Positions 47,219 through 55,932 of a stretch of 64,000 nt of DNA are shown in pieces; position 1 is the first letter of the stretch; the number at the start of each line of letters is the position of its first letter. Position numbers and translations under genes: made by a program. Below the pieces are notes generated by a model. That model worked only from the letters and a program-made list of their open reading frames with translations, searched no databases and was not told the origin of the DNA. This stretch comes from an uncultured bacterium (GTDB lineage Bacteria; Hydrothermota; Tepidihabitantia; SM23-42): the NCBI GenBank assembly GCA_964419565.1, contig CAYQPW010000008.1, positions 28,284 to 92,283 on the forward strand, read 5' to 3'.

Positions 47219-49174
47219 ATGATACCTTTGGCTTTTCTTGTCATACTCATTGCTCAACCGATCTATGAACTGGATGAGATCGTCGTTACTGCTACGCGTT
47301 ATCCTGCAGCTTTACAGGATGTCGCATTAGCAACGATAGTCATTGATCGGGAAGAACTCGACGAGTTCAATCCATCGAGTCTCACGGATGTTTTACAAAC
47401 ATACGCTGGTACTGATACCAAAGATTATGGTGTTCCAGGGACAGTGTCGAGCATATCTATCCGCGGCATTCCATCGAATGGCACACTGGTGCTCATTAAT
47501 GGTCATCCATTGAACTCGATAACCGTGGGGATGGCCGATCTGAGTGCGATAAATCTCAGTACAATCGAGCGTATTGAAATCGTTAAAGGACCGGTTTCAA
47601 GCTTGTACGGCGCGAATGGTCTTGGTGGTGCAGTAAATATCATAACAACAAAAGGTTATAAAAAGCCTGAATTCAAAATGTCCTTTTGTCCATCAACGAC
47701 CGATATAGATGTTCCCTTACAATCAAGAGAATTCTTTGCCAAACTGGGTTTACCAGCAGGTAGAATGATCTTTGACATTGCCGCAACATACGGTGCTTCT
47801 GATGGTTTCAGAGAAAACAGTGAATATACCGGCTATTATCTAACAGGTTCACTCGGCTATGAACTCGATAATACAAAGTTCATATCATCGCTGGTTTATA
47901 GTAATAGAGAATACGGATTGCCCGGACCAATGCTTGCCGATTCTACTTCCTCTTCTTTACTCGACCATGAGAAAGATGAATACCTTTTAGGAGATATAAA
48001 CATTTCATGGAACTTTTTAGAGAATTTTGCATGGGATAATACTTTATTTGCGGATCGTCGTTTTATCAAGTATCATACCGCGTATACGGATCTAAGTCAG
48101 GATACGCTGGAGAGTGATTATGATTACCTGACCTATGTTGTTGGCGTCAATTCGATCGCTCATTTTAAAAGCGGTAGGACTGATTTGACGATCGGTATTG
48201 ATACCCACTTTGACACCCTGGAAACGACTGAGACCCATGAGCTGTCGCGCGATACAATTTGGAATGCTTCTTCACATAATATCGGCGCCTGGCTTGAATT
48301 CAAATACCGAATAAAACATATTATTCTTGCGCCGAGCCTGAGATATGACCGGAATTCAAGGTTTGGGAATTTCCTTTCACCTGGGGTAGGTCTTATCAGC
48401 CCGCTTATTGATAATCTCTGGATTAAATTATCTGCGGGCAAGGCCTTTCGTGCACCGACATTCAATGACTTGTTCTGGCCTAATGCTGGCAATCCAGATC
48501 TTAAACCAGAACATGGCTGGGCATATGAATTACGCTTTGAAAGTTCTCCTTCACCGACGCTCTTCGCAGCATTATCTTTGTTTGCACGTTCTGTAAATGA
48601 CCGGATAGCCTGGCTTCCGGGCGATAATAATATGTGGCAGCCGCAGAATGTTAACCATATTTCAGTTCGTGGTGTGGATTTCGAAATGAACAAACAGATC
48701 AATGATTTCACAAACATTTATCTTGAAGGGTCTTATTTACAAGCAAAACAGAGAAACAATGAGATTACCTATGATTTTTATGATTGGGTAGCTGATACAA
48801 GCCTTACAATTATTGAAGAAGTAAAAAGAGATGCTGCTTTTACCCCAAAATATACGGCTTCAGCAAGACTCCATTTCAGTTTACCTTATGGATATGATTT
48901 TAATATCGAAGGTTTGTACGTCGCTGCGCAGGTCAACTATTATGTTAGTTATGATGAATACCCTGATATAACGATGGATACTAAAACACTCGATTCCTAT
49001 ATAATGCTCAATATAGGTTTTAGTAAAAAGGTCTTGAATTACCTGAAACTATCAGTCGGTGCGAAAAATCTACTAGACAAAGACCATGCGAAACAATTCG
49101 GTAATAGTATGACCGACTTGGATTATCCGATGCCTGGACGCCTGTTCTTTGCCCGGATCTCCATGGATTATTGA
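47219..49174 (+). CDS. btuB: TonB-dependent receptor, probable vitamin B12/cobinamide transporter (BtuB-like)
   Basis: Plug domain with a TonB-box-like DEIVVTATR and IEIVKGPVSSLYGANGLGGAVNIIT. A 22-strand-type barrel that ends ...FFARISMDY with a terminal aromatic. The riboswitch context supports B12 specificity. Confidence 0.8.
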   Translation: MIPLAFLVILIAQPIYELDEIVVTATRYPAALQDVALATIVIDREELDEFNPSSLTDVLQTYAGTDTKDYGVPGTVSSISIRGIPSNGTLVLINGHPLNSITVGMADLSAINLSTIERIEIVKGPVSSLYGANGLGGAVNIITTKGYKKPEFKMSFCPSTTDIDVPLQSREFFAKLGLPAGRMIFDIAATYGASDGFRENSEYTGYYLTGSLGYELDNTKFISSLVYSNREYGLPGPMLADSTSSSLLDHEKDEYLLGDINISWNFLENFAWDNTLFADRRFIKYHTAYTDLSQDTLESDYDYLTYVVGVNSIAHFKSGRTDLTIGIDTHFDTLETTETHELSRDTIWNASSHNIGAWLEFKYRIKHIILAPSLRYDRNSRFGNFLSPGVGLISPLIDNLWIKLSAGKAFRAPTFNDLFWPNAGNPDLKPEHGWAYELRFESSPSPTLFAALSLFARSVNDRIAWLPGDNNMWQPQNVNHISVRGVDFEMNKQINDFTNIYLEGSYLQAKQRNNEITYDFYDWVADTSLTIIEEVKRDAAFTPKYTASARLHFSLPYGYDFNIEGLYVAAQVNYYVSYDEYPDITMDTKTLDSYIMLNIGFSKKVLNYLKLSVGAKNLLDKDHAKQFGNSMTDLDYPMPGRLFFARISMDY

Positions 49175-49199
49175 CACCATAAATCATTTTGATTATACT
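49171..49199 (+). promoter_or_regulatory. Sigma70-type promoter for rnpB, overlapping the btuB-like stop codon
   Basis: TTGACA (49171..49176, containing the TGA stop at 49172..49174), a 17-nt spacer, then TATACT (49194..49199). The P1 5' strand begins about 6 nt downstream. Confidence 0.55.
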
Positions 49200-49252
49200 G
49201 ATATGTGGGGTGACTGGATAGCCGCTCCCACACTTTTAGGGAATAATGAATT

Positions 49253-49513
49253 ATGTTCTATGTCTATTTAATAAGAAGCAAAAAGGACAAGAGATTATAC
49301 ACTGGTTATGCTAATGACCTTAAACGAAGATTCAATGAACATAATTCAGGTTTCAACAAATGCACCAAGGGACGTGGACCGTTTGAGCTGATGTGTTATG
49401 AAGCATATGAAGCCAAACAAGATGCAGTACATCGGGAGAAAATGTTAAAGCTTAGAGCAAAAGCTCTCGGTCAATTAAAAAGACGTCTCCAATATAGTCT
49501 GGATATTCCCTAA
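49253..49513 (+). CDS. Small GIY-YIG nuclease-domain protein (86 aa) encoded inside the rnpB P3 loop
   Basis: MFYVYLIRSKKDKRLYTGYANDLKRRFNEHNSG... carries the GIY-YIG hallmarks (YVY...YTG, R, EHN). Confidence 0.8.
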   Translation: MFYVYLIRSKKDKRLYTGYANDLKRRFNEHNSGFNKCTKGRGPFELMCYEAYEAKQDAVHREKMLKLRAKALGQLKRRLQYSLDIP

Positions 49514-49614
49514 TAGTGTGGGAGAGGAAAGTCCGGGCTTCAAAGGGCAAGATGCTTCCTAACAGGAAGCCCCGCACCTTCTTTGTCATATGAGATTAGG
49601 GATGGATTATCGCT

Positions 49615-49848
49615 ATGCATTATGTTTACATTTTTAAGAAACGGAATAATGAAGAGATCTATATCGGTTGTACGAACAATCTCAAGAGAAGATCTCGAGA
49701 ACATAATGTCCACGGTATGAAGTGGGATTTGATTTATTATCAAGCATACAAGGCGCGAAAAGATGCTTACTTACGGGAAGAAAGGCTCAAGTATTATGGT
49801 CAGGCGCTTGGTCAACTTAAGAGGCGCATTAAGAATAGCCTTGTATGA
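49615..49848 (+). CDS. Small GIY-YIG nuclease-domain protein (77 aa) encoded inside the rnpB P9 loop
   Basis: MHYVYIFKKRNNEEIYIGCTNNLKRRSREHNVHG... is a paralog of the P3-loop ORF. Shared motifs are NxLKRR, EHN and the C-terminal ALGQLKRR. Confidence 0.8.
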   Translation: MHYVYIFKKRNNEEIYIGCTNNLKRRSREHNVHGMKWDLIYYQAYKARKDAYLREERLKYYGQALGQLKRRIKNSLV

Positions 49849-50167
49849 CAAAGAAGGTGCGGGGGGAAAGTGCCACAGAAAATATACCTCCAGCTACATT
49901 AGTGGTTGGTAAGGGTGAAATGGCGAGGTAAGAGCTCACCGCTTTAGTGGCGACACTAAAGGCACGGTAAACCCCATCTGAAGCAAAACCAAATAAGCCC
50001 CGTATGAAATGGCCCGTTTCTACTGCTTTGCAGTGACGGGGTGGGTAGGTTGCACAGAGCATAGTAGTGATACTATGCCAAGACAAATGGCTATCCTTGA
50101 CAGAACCCGGCTTATAGGTCACCCCGCTTGTTGGTTTATTCGGTAATTCCCGAAGAAATACGGAGGT

Positions 50168-51862
50168 ATGTTGACTGAGTGGGTGCCTAAGAATGAAGCT
50201 ATCGAGGCGAGTGATATAGAAATTCGCCATAAAAAGATCCCCAAACTCATTGTTCAAATTTTAAAAACGCGGGGTTATGATACACCCGAGAAAATAGAGA
50301 AATATTTTGCGCCGTCTTTGTCTGAATTACACGATCCGTTTTTATTGAGCGGTATGAAAAAAGCAGTGGAAAGGATAAAAAAAGCAATTGACCATAAAGA
50401 GAAAATATTAGTCCACGGCGATTATGACACTGATGGTATTACCGGTTCGGCACTCATAATCGAGAACCTGAGAAGATTCGGGCTCGAGGTTGAATATTAT
50501 ATCCCGAACCGGCTCATTGAAGGTTATGGACTTTCATCCGATGGGGTAAAGTATGCGATAGAAAAGAAATGTACCTTGGTAATTACGGTTGATTGTGGTA
50601 TTACCGCGATCCAGGAGATCCAGGAGGCAAAAGACAAAAATATCGATGTAATAATCTGTGATCACCATAAACCCCATTTAGAAATCCCTGATGCATATGC
50701 CATTCTCAATCCAAAATTACCCAGTGATAAATATCCTTTCAAAGAATTAGCCGGGATCGGCGTCGCCTTTAAAATGATACAGGGTCTATTAATGGATCTG
50801 GAACAACCGATTGAACGATCATACGATGACCTGGACCTTGTCGCTCTTGGCAGTGTTGTCGATGTCGTACCCCTGATCGACGAAAACCGCGTGCTCGTCA
50901 AGTACGGTATGAAAAAGATCGGTAAAAGCAAGAAAGTCGGTTTACAAGCGATGCTAAAACAAGTCGGTCTAAGGGGTGATATAACCGCATACCATCTCGG
51001 ATTTATAATAGGGCCAAGGATCAATGCATGCGGCCGGCTGCGTCATGCAGAAGAAGCCCTGGAACTCTTTCTGACCAATGATATGAAAAAGGCGACTGAG
51101 CTTGTGGGGAATCTTTCAGCTGACAATCAAGAGAGACGATCGATCGAGGGGAAAATTTATCGGGAAGCCAGGTCGATGATCGAAGAACTTGGCTATGCTA
51201 AAGACCGCATAATTATCGCGCAAAAACAAGGTTGGCATGAGGGTGTCGTCGGGATCGTTGCCTCGACAATAAGCGAGGATTTTTACCGGCCTTCGATCCT
51301 GTTATCTGCTAAAGAGAATGTTTTAAAGGGCTCGGCCCGGTCCATCCCGGGTATCGATATCACCGAAGGACTCAGTGTTTGTCAGGAATATCTTAGTAGA
51401 TACGGCGGTCACAGCCAGGCTGCTGGTTTGGAATTGGAAATCAGTAAAATCACGCAATTGCGTGTTTGTATTAATGAATATGCGCAGAAATTTGACGATA
51501 CGATCTTTACAAAAAAACGTTCTTATGATGCGCAGGTATCGCTCGATCAATTGACTGAAGATGTCGTATATTTCTTGAAGTATTTTGAACCGACCGGTTT
51601 GGCAAATCCTCAACCGGTTTTTTTAGGCAAAAACCTTGAAGTCGTCGGTGTACCGAGAGTAGTTGGCAGCGACCATTTGAAATTCGCGCTAAGGGATAAT
51701 AACAGAGTGCTCGATGCCATCGCTTTTTGCCAGGCTGGTAAGATCCTCGATATCGAGGTCGGGAAAACCCGACTCGATTGTCTTTTTTCAATATCCGAGG
51801 ATTCATTTACCGGCAAGAAAAAAACGACCCTCAAGATCAAAGAAATAAAGGTAAGTATTTGA
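50168..51862 (+). CDS. recJ: Single-stranded-DNA-specific exonuclease RecJ
   Basis: DHH motifs (ILVHGDYDTDGITGSA, ITVDCGI, ICDHH), the DHHA1 domain (GGHSQAAG) and a C-terminal OB-like domain. SD GGAGG. Confidence 0.93.
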   Translation: MLTEWVPKNEAIEASDIEIRHKKIPKLIVQILKTRGYDTPEKIEKYFAPSLSELHDPFLLSGMKKAVERIKKAIDHKEKILVHGDYDTDGITGSALIIENLRRFGLEVEYYIPNRLIEGYGLSSDGVKYAIEKKCTLVITVDCGITAIQEIQEAKDKNIDVIICDHHKPHLEIPDAYAILNPKLPSDKYPFKELAGIGVAFKMIQGLLMDLEQPIERSYDDLDLVALGSVVDVVPLIDENRVLVKYGMKKIGKSKKVGLQAMLKQVGLRGDITAYHLGFIIGPRINACGRLRHAEEALELFLTNDMKKATELVGNLSADNQERRSIEGKIYREARSMIEELGYAKDRIIIAQKQGWHEGVVGIVASTISEDFYRPSILLSAKENVLKGSARSIPGIDITEGLSVCQEYLSRYGGHSQAAGLELEISKITQLRVCINEYAQKFDDTIFTKKRSYDAQVSLDQLTEDVVYFLKYFEPTGLANPQPVFLGKNLEVVGVPRVVGSDHLKFALRDNNRVLDAIAFCQAGKILDIEVGKTRLDCLFSISEDSFTGKKKTTLKIKEIKVSI

Positions 51863-51866
51863 TCCA

Positions 51867-52532
51867 ATGAAATTGCAGGGGAATAAAGGAGCGCCTTTTA
51901 TAGAATGGAAGCTTATTGAAGAAGATAATATGAAATTCTTCCAATTCAAATCAGGTAATTGGATCATGAATTATTCAACGATAGGGACAGATGATAGATT
52001 CCTTGAGCATTTTAAACCGTTCCTTCTCAAACAGATCCATTCAGATACAATTATTAATATAGACAATACAGAAAACAGGATCGGAGACGGGTTGATTACG
52101 CACAAGAAAAATCAATTTTTAGGGATCAAGATCGCAGATTGCTTGCCGGTTTTCTTATTTAATGAACAAAAAATGTGTATGATCCACTGTGGCTGGCGCG
52201 GGATCATCAAAAAGATAACACAAAGAGCAAAAATACTCATGGGTGACTACAAATATGTACTCGGCGCATGTATAGGACCATGCTGCTATGAAGTTGGTGA
52301 TGAAATTGCACACCTTTTTAAAGCGCAGTATAAGAATGCAGTGATCAACAGCGATAAGAAATCTTTTATCGATCTTAAAACCGCAGTTATAGAAGATCTT
52401 GGCAAAGACAGACTCATCGGTAACCTTGACCTTTGTACAAAATGCCATCCTGAGTATTTTTATTCATATCGCCGGGGCGATATGAAAAAGCGAAATTATT
52501 CTATCGCTACAGAAGTCAAGAGCAAATATTGA
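51867..52532 (+). CDS. pgeF: YfiH/PgeF (DUF152, laccase-domain) family protein
   Basis: KQIHSD..., GDGLIT, LGIKIADCLPVFLF, MIHCGWRG, GPCCYEVG, SYRR. The start is uncertain: ATG 51867 or the internal MKFFQF. Confidence 0.8.
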   Translation: MKLQGNKGAPFIEWKLIEEDNMKFFQFKSGNWIMNYSTIGTDDRFLEHFKPFLLKQIHSDTIINIDNTENRIGDGLITHKKNQFLGIKIADCLPVFLFNEQKMCMIHCGWRGIIKKITQRAKILMGDYKYVLGACIGPCCYEVGDEIAHLFKAQYKNAVINSDKKSFIDLKTAVIEDLGKDRLIGNLDLCTKCHPEYFYSYRRGDMKKRNYSIATEVKSKY

Positions 52533-52562
52533 CTTGCATGTGAAACCCGATAAAATGGATTG

Positions 52563-54638
52563 ATGTCGAGGTCACTTTTTTTCCTTATTTTTCCTTTAAT
52601 GCTATTGGCACGAGAATGGACTGCGCTCGTTTATATGGCAGCAGATAATGATCTTGCCCAGTGGGCTGATTCAGACCTTGTAGAAATGGAAACAGTCGGT
52701 TCAAGCGATGATTTTTCCATTATCGTCCAGGTCGATAAACCATATATCGGTGCAAAACGGCTTCTTGTCAGTAATGGAACCTCTTATGAACTGCAGAATC
52801 TGGGCATTGTCGATATGTGTGATCAGGAGACCCTCGTCGATTTTCTCGAATGGGGGATGCGTAACTATCCAGCAGAAAAATACTTTGTGATCCTGTGGGA
52901 CCACGGTTCAGGGTGGACATTCATGCCCAAGTACTCTTTTGGAAGCGATTGGTCGAGCGGCAATGAACTTGGGGTTTACAATGGTGATCTGCGCAACGCA
53001 TTGAGATCGCTTTATACTTATACCGAAAAAAGAATCGACCTTTTCGCATTCGATGCGTGTTTGATGCAGCAGATCGAAGTCGCCTTTGAATTAATAGATT
53101 ATGCAGATATTTTCCTTGCTCCCCAATCATTATGTCCGACACAGGGTTTTTGTTATGATAAGATATTTGCCTATCTTGATGCTGATCCAAAAAAAGATGC
53201 AAAGGATATCGCTCAAGCATCAATCCCTTTATTAATGGAAACCTACAGCAATGTGCAGCCGGTCGCCTTTTCCGCGCTTGAACTGACAAAACTCGATGGT
53301 TTCAAGGCTGCTCTTGATAAATTCGCAGATGCGATGATAAACGGAACACCAAATCCGTTATTGATCAATATCCGTGATAATGTCCAGACGATACCGATAC
53401 GAGATCAAGCACCATCACCAGATGATGAATTCATTGATCTGGGAGATTTGACACAAGGATTAGATGCGCTTTATGGCATTAGTGAAACACAGTCGCTCAC
53501 TCAAGCTTATGATCAGGTGATATTAGAATCTGGTTTTTGGGGTGATGATTTTTCCGGTGTCACTGGTCTAACGATCTGGTTTCCACGCGAATACCGACTA
53601 TTCAAACAGCTCGTCGATGAATACAGCGGACTCGATTGGGCATATTCAAGGTGGCGTCAATTTCTCAATTGGTATTACAATGCCGATGATATCAGACCGA
53701 CATCAGTGAGCTGGTTGAACACGAGTAATGTCGGCAATAATAATGATTTTGAGTTATCCTGGGGTACATCACATGATCTTGCTCCAGTCACATATAGTAT
53801 ATTTGAAATATTCTCTGATAGCACGATAGACATTTTACTTGACCCGTGCGAGGATTCAAACCAGTGGAATTTCCAGGGGTTTGTTATCGATTCGAGCAAT
53901 ACATATTCAGGTACCGGATGTTTTTTCTCGGGCAATGCCAGTAATCTGCAAAATTCCATCGAGACCAAGCAAGTAATTTCATTACAGAATATGTCGATCC
54001 TCGATCTTTATCTTTATTATAATACTGAAGATATGACTGATTCTTTGATCATCGAATTTGCCGGGTTTCAGGATATCCATTATGGCTGGTCAAATGGCTG
54101 GCAAAGACGTCGGGTCATACTGCCTTCGGGCAGCGACCGATTGACTATTTCTTACCGGACAAATGGCTCGATCAATCGAGGAGGATGCTATCTTGATGAG
54201 ATCGAGGTCAACGAGATGAAAAATAGTAAGTTGATCCGGGAATTTCTATTAGACACAACCTTGTATATTTTTGGGAAAACAAGAGGGGATTATGGATATG
54301 CGGTTATTGCAAAAGATAGTTATGGCAATACCAACAATTTAAGTGATTTTCTTAACGTATCGATCGAACGCTATGCCACGCCGTATTCAGTCCCAGGACC
54401 GTTTCAAACAAATTGCCAGATTGTCCTGGATTTTCCGGATTCTCTTGCGCCAGTCATTAAGATCTTCTCAATATCTGGAAGATTGGTAAAGAGTTTTGAC
54501 CCAGAGCTGATCGATAATAAACGCATATTTTGGGACGGCAAAGACAAAAGTGGTAAGGATGTCGGGTCTGGGCTTTATTTTGTCTTGGTTCAAGGAGATG
54601 GTTTTAAAAAACTTGGTAAAATAGCGAGGCAAAGATGA
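52563..54638 (+). CDS. Clostripain-family (peptidase C11) cysteine protease with C-terminal T9SS-type sorting domain
   Basis: Signal peptide, then C11 motifs WTALVYMAADNDL, ILWDHGSGW and FAFDACLMQQIEV (catalytic His/Cys context). CTD-like tail IKIFSISGRLV...GSGLYFVLVQGDGFKKLGKIARQR. Confidence 0.8.
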   Translation: MSRSLFFLIFPLMLLAREWTALVYMAADNDLAQWADSDLVEMETVGSSDDFSIIVQVDKPYIGAKRLLVSNGTSYELQNLGIVDMCDQETLVDFLEWGMRNYPAEKYFVILWDHGSGWTFMPKYSFGSDWSSGNELGVYNGDLRNALRSLYTYTEKRIDLFAFDACLMQQIEVAFELIDYADIFLAPQSLCPTQGFCYDKIFAYLDADPKKDAKDIAQASIPLLMETYSNVQPVAFSALELTKLDGFKAALDKFADAMINGTPNPLLINIRDNVQTIPIRDQAPSPDDEFIDLGDLTQGLDALYGISETQSLTQAYDQVILESGFWGDDFSGVTGLTIWFPREYRLFKQLVDEYSGLDWAYSRWRQFLNWYYNADDIRPTSVSWLNTSNVGNNNDFELSWGTSHDLAPVTYSIFEIFSDSTIDILLDPCEDSNQWNFQGFVIDSSNTYSGTGCFFSGNASNLQNSIETKQVISLQNMSILDLYLYYNTEDMTDSLIIEFAGFQDIHYGWSNGWQRRRVILPSGSDRLTISYRTNGSINRGGCYLDEIEVNEMKNSKLIREFLLDTTLYIFGKTRGDYGYAVIAKDSYGNTNNLSDFLNVSIERYATPYSVPGPFQTNCQIVLDFPDSLAPVIKIFSISGRLVKSFDPELIDNKRIFWDGKDKSGKDVGSGLYFVLVQGDGFKKLGKIARQR

Positions 54639-55522
54639 AAAAGTACAAACCAGTCATTATCGCTCATGGCGGCGCCGGTGGTATTAACCACCCGAATCGG
54701 CGCTTGCAAGGGTTGATCAAAGCATGCAGTATCGGGTATGGTATGTTGATGCAAGGTAGCTCAAGCCTTGATGCGGTCGAGCGCGCAATCATGATACTTG
54801 AAGATATTTCGATCTTCAATGCGGGCAGGGGTTCTTCGTTCAATCTTGAAGGCATCCCTGAAATGGATGCATCGATAATGACGAGTGAAATGAGATTCGG
54901 CGCGGTCGCAGCGATTACCGATGTACAATACCCGATAAAGGTAGCGCGCATGGTTATGGAAAAAACCGACCACCTTGTGCTCGGCGGTAAGCATGCGGTA
55001 CGGTTCGCACGCATCATGGGTATGCCTAAGTTTGATTGTCGGACAAAAGAAAAAAAGCGCATTTGGCAGAGAATGCACAAAAAGCTGCGCAGTGCATATT
55101 TTCAGAAACTCGCCGACCTTGCTGAATACTATGGTACGGTCGGGGTCGTGGCGATCGATAAGAATGGATCGATCACTGCCGGGACATCGAGCGGTGGTAT
55201 TACCATGCGTTTACCCGGACGTATCGGCGATACACCCTCGCCTGGCGCCGGTACTTTTGCCGATAAAAACGGGGGCGTGGGTGCGACCGGACACGGTGAG
55301 GAGATATTACGCCACCTCTTATCATTCCGCGCCGTGCAGCTCATGGCGCGTTACCCAGCACCAACAGCCGGTAAAAAGATGATCGAATATGCTTCAACAC
55401 ATAAATGCCGCTGCGGTCTCATCGGTATCGATAAAAAAGGCCGGATCATGTGCGTGAATAATACCAAGGCGATGTCCTGGTGCTATATCAAGCATGGACG
55501 CATGCACATGTTCAAATACTAG
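54635..55522 (+). CDS. Isoaspartyl peptidase/L-asparaginase (Ntn-hydrolase, asparaginase-2 family)
   Basis: IIAHGGAG, NAGRGS, the autoprocessing site GTVGVVAIDKNGSITAGTSSGG, and GATGHGEEI. Confidence 0.88.
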   Translation: MKKYKPVIIAHGGAGGINHPNRRLQGLIKACSIGYGMLMQGSSSLDAVERAIMILEDISIFNAGRGSSFNLEGIPEMDASIMTSEMRFGAVAAITDVQYPIKVARMVMEKTDHLVLGGKHAVRFARIMGMPKFDCRTKEKKRIWQRMHKKLRSAYFQKLADLAEYYGTVGVVAIDKNGSITAGTSSGGITMRLPGRIGDTPSPGAGTFADKNGGVGATGHGEEILRHLLSFRAVQLMARYPAPTAGKKMIEYASTHKCRCGLIGIDKKGRIMCVNNTKAMSWCYIKHGRMHMFKY

Positions 55523-55543
55523 CAGCCGTATATTTTTTTGTCA

Positions 55544-55564
55544 TTATCCAGTTCAACTGGATAA
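55544..55564 (+). terminator. Probable terminator hairpin after the asparaginase gene
   Basis: TTATCCAGT-TCA-ACTGGATAA, a 9-bp perfect stem followed by a T-rich TCCATATTTCT. Confidence 0.45.
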
Positions 55565-55714
55565 TCCATATTTCTGGAAGTCAATGGGCTCAAATCTTTG
55601 CAATTCACAATTGAGATAATCAGATTCTGAAAAAGAGCTTTTTAGAATGACCCCGACGGATTGTACGGTTTATGCATAGCATTGACAAGTCTGGTGTGTT
55701 TGCTATAATAACCC

Positions 55715-55912
55715 ATGGCTAAGATCGATAAGGTACTGTGTCCCTTTTGTATGTTTACCTCAAAATATATAGATCTAACGATAACTGATGAAGGTTTTTA
55801 TATATGTCCAAGCTGCAATGCAACTTTTTCTTATGAAGAGCTTATGCAGCTATACAGCTTCACTCAATTTACTTTTGAATTGAAGGACAGCAAATTCAAT
55901 CCAACTATATAA
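55715..55912 (+). CDS. Small zinc-ribbon protein (65 aa), hypothetical
   Basis: CPFC...CPSC pairs. The ATG lies 5 nt after a TTGACA-16-TATAAT promoter (55682..55709). Confidence 0.5.
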   Translation: MAKIDKVLCPFCMFTSKYIDLTITDEGFYICPSCNATFSYEELMQLYSFTQFTFELKDSKFNPTI

Positions 55913-55932
55913 TAGAAGGTCCAGATTGCAGT

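Larger units (their letters stand above)
49205..50127 (+). ncRNA. rnpB: RNase P RNA, bacterial type A, expanded to about 923 nt by ORF-bearing insertions in the P3 and P9 loops
   Basis: P1 GTGGGGTGAC pairs with GTCACCCCGC. P2 is TGGATAGCC with GGCTATCC. CR-I GAGGAAAGTCCGGGC is at 49524..49538. P8 is GCTTCC-TAACA-GGAAGC. Also present: GTGCCACAGAAAA, GGTAAGGGTGAAA, GGCGAGGTAAGAGCTCACC, GGCACGGTAAACCCC, GGGTAGGTTGCACAGAGC and ACAGAACCCGGCTTATAGGTCACC. All are collinear with E. coli M1 RNA as I recall it. Confidence 0.9.

Noticed and set aside
49235-49843. The idea that the rnpB inserts are group I introns carrying GIY-YIG homing endonucleases, as in phage T4 td/I-TevI
   Set aside because: Each insert is only 253-280 nt, and the ORF takes up 234-261 nt of that. 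No room is left for a group I ribozyme core. The proteins also consist only of the catalytic GIY-YIG module, with no DNA-binding domain. An intervening-sequence or loop-insert model fits better, though self-splicing has not been excluded experimentally.
49829-50257. 142-aa minus-strand ORF
   Set aside because: It lies antisense to the conserved core of RNase P RNA, has no recognisable protein features, and overlaps the recJ start. It is a spurious ORF over an RNA gene.
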